A stretch of DNA of 26,180 bases from a virus. Taxonomy: Duplodnaviria; Caudoviricetes. The DNA lies in the IMG/VR virus record IMGVR_UViG_3300017766_004685, positions 1 through 26,180 of that record; one strand, written 5' to 3'. The notes below the pieces were generated by a model, which was given only the letters and a program-made list of their open reading frames with translations, made no database searches and had not been told where the DNA came from. Positions 21,107 to 26,180 of the stretch are shown here, one piece after another. Every line of letters starts with the position of its first letter. The stretch's first letter is position 1. A program made the translations under genes and the position numbers.

Positions 21107-21428
21107 GCTCGATGACCATCAGGATCTCGGAGGCGCGCATGATCAGGTATCCGTCAGGCATGGGGGCCTCCGATCCTGCAAATGCGCTGAACACCACCTC
21201 GTCGCCGACGTTGATCCTGGGTGCGGCATCCTTGTGCCGGAGATTGCTGAAATTGCCGATCTTAACGATGGTTCCGCGCTTTGACTGGAAGTCGTTGCGG
21301 TCCTCCAGCACCACGACTCCGGCCTCGGTTTTCTCAGGTGCCTTCCATTTCCTGATAACCACGAAGTCCTGTAGCGGATGGAACTCCTTAAGCATCTCCG
21401 ATTCATCGAGTCTTGGTACCAATGCCAT
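21099..21428 (-). CDS. groES: Co-chaperonin GroES (Cpn10)
   Basis: PLQDFVVI..EKTEAGVVV..GTIVKIG..VGDEVVFSAFAGSE..YLIMRASEIL. SD AAGGAGG. Confidence 0.93.
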   Translation of the reverse strand: MALVPRLDESEMLKEFHPLQDFVVIRKWKAPEKTEAGVVVLEDRNDFQSKRGTIVKIGNFSNLRHKDAAPRINVGDEVVFSAFAGSEAPMPDGYLIMRASEILMVIEHG

Positions 21429-21437
21429 GCAGCCTCC

Positions 21438-21782
21438 TTAGTTGATTTGATCAAGTATATGATCGACGTCTTCGCTGTGGTCGTCCAGCCTGAGCAGCTC
21501 CGCGCTGCTTCCTGCCGACTGGAAGGCCTCGTCGACCATCATTCTAGCCTGGGCGTAGTCGAATGCATAGGTGCTCTCAGGGATAGTGCCTATGAGTTTC
21601 TGCACCGGATCGACGAACATCATCTCGCGTGCGAATATAGCTTCGTTGATGAGTCCGCTTATTACTTCATTCTTTATCTCGTCTGGGATGTTGAGCATGT
21701 ACAGCTTTGCAGCGGGGCTGAGGAAGTACTTGCCGTCCTTCTGGCCGTCGTCTTTGCTTGGCTCGTCGAACATTAGATCCAT
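21438..21782 (-). CDS. Hypothetical protein (114 aa)
   Basis: The ORF ends 9 nt before groES. Confidence 0.75.
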   Translation of the reverse strand: MDLMFDEPSKDDGQKDGKYFLSPAAKLYMLNIPDEIKNEVISGLINEAIFAREMMFVDPVQKLIGTIPESTYAFDYAQARMMVDEAFQSAGSSAELLRLDDHSEDVDHILDQIN

Positions 21783-21866
21783 CCGTTAGTGTAAAGTACA
21801 AGGGAGGCCCATGCAGCCACGATGGCCAGGGCCTTGAGCAATTCCAACACAGCTCTGCGGTTCACG

Positions 21867-22304
21867 TCAATCTCCTAGCTGAAAGCAAAAAGCCTCGGCT
21901 CGGGTAATTACGGCATTTCGGTCGATTGCTTCTACGCACTCTCCGGCAGTCAGGGAGTCCTCGATGCGCTCCACCAGGTCCTCGGCCTCTTCCTCGTCCT
22001 GGAAGACCTGCTCTACGCACCAGTCGTCAACCACTGCTTCTGCGCCGCTGTTGTAGCGCACCACCACTATGTGCAGCTTGTCGCCGACATTTGCATCAAA
22101 ATCCAGCTGCAGTTCGGCGGATTTGCCTCGGGGTTCGGTTGCAGACAGCCTGACGGGAGTGAACTCGACGAATGTACGGCCCTCGTTGGGGCCAATGTCG
22201 TCGTCATCTTCGAGTTCGTCGTCGTCAAAGTCGTCTAGCCCGTCCTCGGGCACGTCGCTGGATCTGTACTCTCTATACTGCAAATAAATAGTGGTGTAAG
22301 GCAT
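21867..22304 (-). CDS. Acidic hypothetical protein (145 aa)
   Basis: SD AAGGAG; Asp/Glu-rich tract. Confidence 0.8.
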   Translation of the reverse strand: MPYTTIYLQYREYRSSDVPEDGLDDFDDDELEDDDDIGPNEGRTFVEFTPVRLSATEPRGKSAELQLDFDANVGDKLHIVVVRYNSGAEAVVDDWCVEQVFQDEEEAEDLVERIEDSLTAGECVEAIDRNAVITRAEAFCFQLGD

Positions 22305-22330
22305 GTTAGCTCCTTACACCACTATTACGC

Positions 22331-22360
22331 ATTATAAAGGATTTATCAAATTTATGTCGC
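22331..22360 (-). promoter_or_regulatory. Possible sigma-70-type promoter GCGACA-N18-TATAAT
   Basis: Perfect -10 in an AT-rich gap 26 nt before ATG 22304; weak -35. Confidence 0.45.
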
Positions 22361-22372
22361 TGCCTGGATTCC

Positions 22373-23689
22373 TTAATTTCCTAAAATAGTAGCAATGGTC
22401 TTCTGTCCTGTTACCCAGGCTCCAGGTATGTTGCTGCCGATGATTCCGGTGTCGTCGGATTGAAAGAGCCCCGCGATTCTAGGATCGCTCCTGCCGATCA
22501 TTTCGACCATGGTGACGTCGAATGGAGAGATGACCCTGAAGTTCAGCGTGGCTATCAGGGTCTCCTTGTCGATGTAAGTCTTGTCGCCAAGCTGGCAAAG
22601 CCAATTGTGCCAGGCGTTTCCATCCTTAGGGACCGCAGCCTCGTTGACAGCCCTAGGGTCGACCAGGTCGATTCTGTTCATCATGCTGGCCTTGGCGCCT
22701 GTGGTGCTTACGCCCATGAACTCCAGCTTGGTATTGTCCCACGCAAAGATGGTGGATACGCTGCTGGCTATCTGAGGCATGGACTCGTTCTTGACGAGGA
22801 TCTTGACAGGTACCGTGTCGCCTACCTTGAATTTAGTGGCAGGTGCTGACAATGTCTGGGAAAGCTTGTACTCAGGGCCTGCTCCAAACCGGATCTTGTT
22901 AACTCCGTTTCGGATCTCTCCTAGCACGTCGGTGCCGACTGTAGGACTTCCGTCCACCCGACTCTTGGTCTCGATGCCCGCTACAGTCACGCTAGGCAGG
23001 ATCTTGATGTCGGTTAGCTGGCTGGTGGGATAGTAGAAATCGCCCTTGACTTTGAATCGCAGCGTACCTAATACGCGGTAAGAGTTAGCCCACATGTATC
23101 CGTCGAAGTTCCACTGGTAGTAGAGTGGCTTCAAGGCCGGCACTCTTTGCTCAGGTACCGGAAGAGCCTCGACATGGTACAAGGCTGTTCCGTCCGCAGG
23201 AACTGCCTGTTCGTTTACGCCTCCCGAGCGCTCGGGAGCTACAAAACCAGATTTTGCATTGTTGAACACCGTGGCGTCTAGCACGGCTGTGCTAGGCAGT
23301 AGCTCCAGCATGGATGGGTTCCATGAAATGACGAAATCGGCGCTTCTGAAGATGCTCCATAGCGAGACGGTCTTGCCGTCCACCACCTTGGTCTTCGAGA
23401 TCGGCTGGACGAGAATGCGAGCCTCGATCACCTGTCCCTTTAGTGCTGTCAGGCCGTTGCGGGTTCTTCCGTCCCAGTCCTGGTTCGAGTAACCTGATTC
23501 CAGCAGCACTCTGTACTTCATGGAAGGGTCGATGAAATACGGAGTAAACACCACGGCGGGAGGAACAGGTACCAGTTGAATGGTTCCATCCGGCTGCACC
23601 ACCTTGGTAGGTGGCGGAGGCGGTACAGTCTGAGCGTACGCAGGTGCGAGTAGACAGAATGCCGATAGGATTGCAGAAAAAAGCTTCAT
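22373..23689 (-). CDS. Secreted protein with two cohesin-like beta-sandwich repeats
   Basis: Signal peptide MKLFSAILSAFCLLAPAYA and a Pro-rich linker. Internal duplication: ISWNPSMLEL..GVNEQAVPADGTA versus FAWDNTKLEF..AVNEAAVPKDGNA. Confidence 0.7.
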   Translation of the reverse strand: MKLFSAILSAFCLLAPAYAQTVPPPPPTKVVQPDGTIQLVPVPPAVVFTPYFIDPSMKYRVLLESGYSNQDWDGRTRNGLTALKGQVIEARILVQPISKTKVVDGKTVSLWSIFRSADFVISWNPSMLELLPSTAVLDATVFNNAKSGFVAPERSGGVNEQAVPADGTALYHVEALPVPEQRVPALKPLYYQWNFDGYMWANSYRVLGTLRFKVKGDFYYPTSQLTDIKILPSVTVAGIETKSRVDGSPTVGTDVLGEIRNGVNKIRFGAGPEYKLSQTLSAPATKFKVGDTVPVKILVKNESMPQIASSVSTIFAWDNTKLEFMGVSTTGAKASMMNRIDLVDPRAVNEAAVPKDGNAWHNWLCQLGDKTYIDKETLIATLNFRVISPFDVTMVEMIGRSDPRIAGLFQSDDTGIIGSNIPGAWVTGQKTIATILGN

Positions 23690-23703
23690 TTTGTTTTCCT
23701 TGC

Positions 23704-24126
23704 TCAGGCGGTTTGCGAGTCCTTAGCCTTCTTCTTGTCTGCCGGAGCAGCGATGGTTGCTGCCGGTACGAACGTGACGGTTTCCGAGGTATTGCTGTTT
23801 GCCGTGCCTCTGACGTAGCAGATGCCGTAGGTGGCGACGGAGTACAGGTATCCGCCAGGCACCTCGACCTTGCGCGTGACTCGGCGGAAGAAGTTGCTGA
23901 TTGCGTCGCCGAACTTAGGCTCGCTCCAGGTCTCCTCCGAGAGTGTTTCCCATGCAAAGCCGGCAGTCTCCACGATAGCAGTAGGCTTCATGGGAATGCC
24001 TGTGGTCTTCTTCGACCCGTTGGCTTCCTCAATAGCCGCCTTCTCCGTCGGGCTCATGTAGGCAGCCACCGCGTTGACAGGGGTGCTTGCCAGGTTTCCG
24101 ATTGTTGTTCCTTCAAATCGACTCAT
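23704..24126 (-). CDS. Hypothetical protein (140 aa)
   Basis: Start re-set to ATG 24126 (AAGGA upstream). Confidence 0.75.
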   Translation of the reverse strand: MSRFEGTTIGNLASTPVNAVAAYMSPTEKAAIEEANGSKKTTGIPMKPTAIVETAGFAWETLSEETWSEPKFGDAISNFFRRVTRKVEVPGGYLYSVATYGICYVRGTANSNTSETVTFVPAATIAAPADKKKAKDSQTA

Positions 24127-24140
24127 TGCTTTATGTTCCT

Positions 24141-26180
24141 TTATCCGCACTTGCTGTTGCCGCACGACTTACAGGTAACGCACCCTTCTTGCCGCACTAG
24201 GCTCTCTGACTGACAGTTGGAGCACTGCTCTCCCTTTACGACGGTACCGTCTGGAATGTACTTTTTCAATGCCCGCGCCACGGTTTTCGAGAAGGAGAAC
24301 ATGTCGCCCTTTACCTTCTCAAGCTGATGCACCAGGTAGTGGGCATCCACTCCATGCCGCAGCGAGGTGGAGAGCAGCCTGGTGATGGCGCCTTCCTCGC
24401 TGGAGACGAGGTTGCCCAGCTTGTTGAGGGTAAGGATCTCACCAGCATTCTTGTCGTCGATGAACTCGCCGCGGTAGTGACCACGGTCCATCTTGGTCAA
24501 GGTGCCGGCCTTGAAGCGCTTCGGAATGATCGGATCACCGTCCTCGTTCTGGTTGACGCCGGCAAACACCTCGTAGGGCTTGTCGTTGCGCAGGCTTACC
24601 AGGACGAAGTATGGCTTGGACGACACGGTGTAGTGGTGCACCTCGCACGGAAGCAGCGAAGGCCTCTTGTGCGTGTCTTCGCTGGGCTTTTCGGTCTTCT
24701 CGGTCTTGGCAACCAGCACTCCCGTGCGGCACCCGTCGCGATAGATCGTCATTCCCTTGCAGCCAGTCCTCCAGGCCGACAGGTAGATCTGCTCCACGGT
24801 CTCGACGGAGGTGTCTGCCGGCAGGTTGATGGTGCTGCTGATGGCATGGTCGATGTGCTTCTGTGCAGTTGCCTGCAGCTTCACGCGCTTCTCCCATGCT
24901 ATTTCCGGAGCCGTGGATCCGGCCCACGGACTCTTGGACAGGTCCGACTCGCCTGTGATGCGCATCCACTCGGCTACCTTCGGGGGATAGACGGTGAACT
25001 CCATCCAGTGGTCTCCGTTCTGGTCGATGAAGTCCGAACGGAAGTTCTTGTCTCCGGGATTGCCCTTCTTGCGACGGACGTACGGAGTGATCATGAATTG
25101 AGGCTCGATGCCCGAGCTGGTCTGGGTCAGGATCGACACGGAACCACATGGAGCGGTTGTGAGCAGCGCGATGTTCCTGCGACCCACCCGCTGCATCTTG
25201 TCCCAGAGCGAGGGACTCTCGTCCTTTATGCGAAGCAAAAAGGGATTGCTGGCCTCTCGCTCGGCGCTCCAGATCGGGAAGGCACCCAGCTCCTCGGCCA
25301 TGTCTACGGACGACCTGTAGCAGGCCATCTTGAAGTTGCGGTAGATGCGCTCGACCACGTCAATGCCTTCGTTGGATCCGTAAGGCACGCCTAGGGCGGC
25401 AAGCGTGTCGCCGATTGCCGTGTTGCCTGAGCCGGTGCGTCTGCCGTTCTGTGCAGCCTTGCGCACCTTGGTCCACAAGGTGCGTTCACGTGCCTTGAGT
25501 TCCGACGCCTCCGGATCTGCGTCGATCTTTGCCAGGATCCTGTCGATGCACTCAAGCTCCAGGTCCACCATGTCGTCCATGAGGCGCTGCAGCATGTATG
25601 CGTCCTTTGTAAACGCATCGTAGTCGAAGCGAGCCTTGTCGGTGAACGGATCGACCACGTAGGAATACGCATTGAGGAGCATCAGCCGGCAGGAGTCGTA
25701 TGCCGAGAGCGGAATCTCGGAGCACGGATTCGTGCATACGGTCTTGAATCCAAGGTCCGCATAGCAGTCCGGGATGGACTCCTTGATGATGTTGTCCCAC
25801 ATGAGCATGCCCGGCTCCGCCGTTGCATGGGCAGCCTCGATGAGCATGTTCCACAGCTTGCGGGCACTCTCGGTCTTCCTTACGGCAGGCTTGTCAAGGG
25901 GCCATTTCTGCACGTAGTCGGTGTTCGACTCGACTGCCGACAGGAACTCGTCGGAGAGCCGAACCGAGATATTCGCACCCGTGACCTTACTGAGGTCACG
26001 CTTGCACTTGATGAATTGCTCTACATCCGGGTGGTGGATGCTCTGCGTGAGCATGAGCGCTCCACGCCGGCCGTTCTGGCCCACTTCGCGGATAGAGTTT
26101 GAGAACCGCTCCGCAAAGGGAATGGTGCCTGTGCTGGTGCGGGCTGCATTCCTGGTCACGCTGCCTTCAGGGCGCAATGA
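24141..26180 (-). CDS. nrdJ: Class II (adenosylcobalamin-dependent) ribonucleotide reductase, 5'-truncated by the window edge
   Basis: GRRGALM, ANISV, EPG, TNPCSEIPL finger loop, TAPCGSVS..SSGIEP, ISSTINLP, KGMTIYRDGCR. C-terminal CxxC..EGCVTCKSCGNSKC as in NrdJ. Confidence 0.93.
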   Translation of the reverse strand, partial: SLRPEGSVTRNAARTSTGTIPFAERFSNSIREVGQNGRRGALMLTQSIHHPDVEQFIKCKRDLSKVTGANISVRLSDEFLSAVESNTDYVQKWPLDKPAVRKTESARKLWNMLIEAAHATAEPGMLMWDNIIKESIPDCYADLGFKTVCTNPCSEIPLSAYDSCRLMLLNAYSYVVDPFTDKARFDYDAFTKDAYMLQRLMDDMVDLELECIDRILAKIDADPEASELKARERTLWTKVRKAAQNGRRTGSGNTAIGDTLAALGVPYGSNEGIDVVERIYRNFKMACYRSSVDMAEELGAFPIWSAEREASNPFLLRIKDESPSLWDKMQRVGRRNIALLTTAPCGSVSILTQTSSGIEPQFMITPYVRRKKGNPGDKNFRSDFIDQNGDHWMEFTVYPPKVAEWMRITGESDLSKSPWAGSTAPEIAWEKRVKLQATAQKHIDHAISSTINLPADTSVETVEQIYLSAWRTGCKGMTIYRDGCRTGVLVAKTEKTEKPSEDTHKRPSLLPCEVHHYTVSSKPYFVLVSLRNDKPYEVFAGVNQNEDGDPIIPKRFKAGTLTKMDRGHYRGEFIDDKNAGEILTLNKLGNLVSSEEGAITRLLSTSLRHGVDAHYLVHQLEKVKGDMFSFSKTVARALKKYIPDGTVVKGEQCSNCQSESLVRQEGCVTCKSCGNSKCG

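Noticed and set aside
1-26180. Plus-strand ORFs (e.g. 4870..5622, 12274..13155, 16160..17314, 24327..25394) and alternative minus-strand frames
   Set aside because: These are shadows of GC3-rich minus-strand genes, with no recognisable motifs or supporting signals.
1-26180. Stop-codon reassignment
   Set aside because: Conserved genes are uninterrupted in the standard code, and TAG (5664) and TGA (7207) sit directly before terminators.

Overview
GC-rich fragment of a large tailed-phage genome. Essentially all credible genes are on the minus strand, and the standard genetic code fits (TAA, TGA and TAG all act as stops). The right part (8.7-26.2 kb) is a tightly packed operon-like block: partial class II ribonucleotide reductase, a secreted protein with two cohesin-like repeats, GroES, a RuvC-like resolvase, an XRE-like HTH protein, a MoxR AAA+ / metallopeptidase-vWA pair, an ankyrin protein and a probable portal protein. 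The left part is accessory and rich in RNA structure. From 5.6 to 8.7 kb there are five promoter-(gene or ncRNA)-terminator cassettes built from a repeated bipartite promoter (TAAAATA-N15-TAWNNN) and terminators ending in TTTTAGCTA, three of which share a covarying bulged hairpin. From 1.9 to 4.2 kb the intergenic spaces carry pseudoknots, kissing loops and anti-Shine-Dalgarno switches around a tRNA(CAU) and an i-type lysozyme. This block also holds a tRNA-shaped RNA whose central arm is antisense (29 of 33 aligned positions) to the SD and AUG of the next gene. A phage sigma-70-family factor lies downstream. Protein calls come from motif recognition by eye and RNA structures from manual pairing; no database search or folding program was run.
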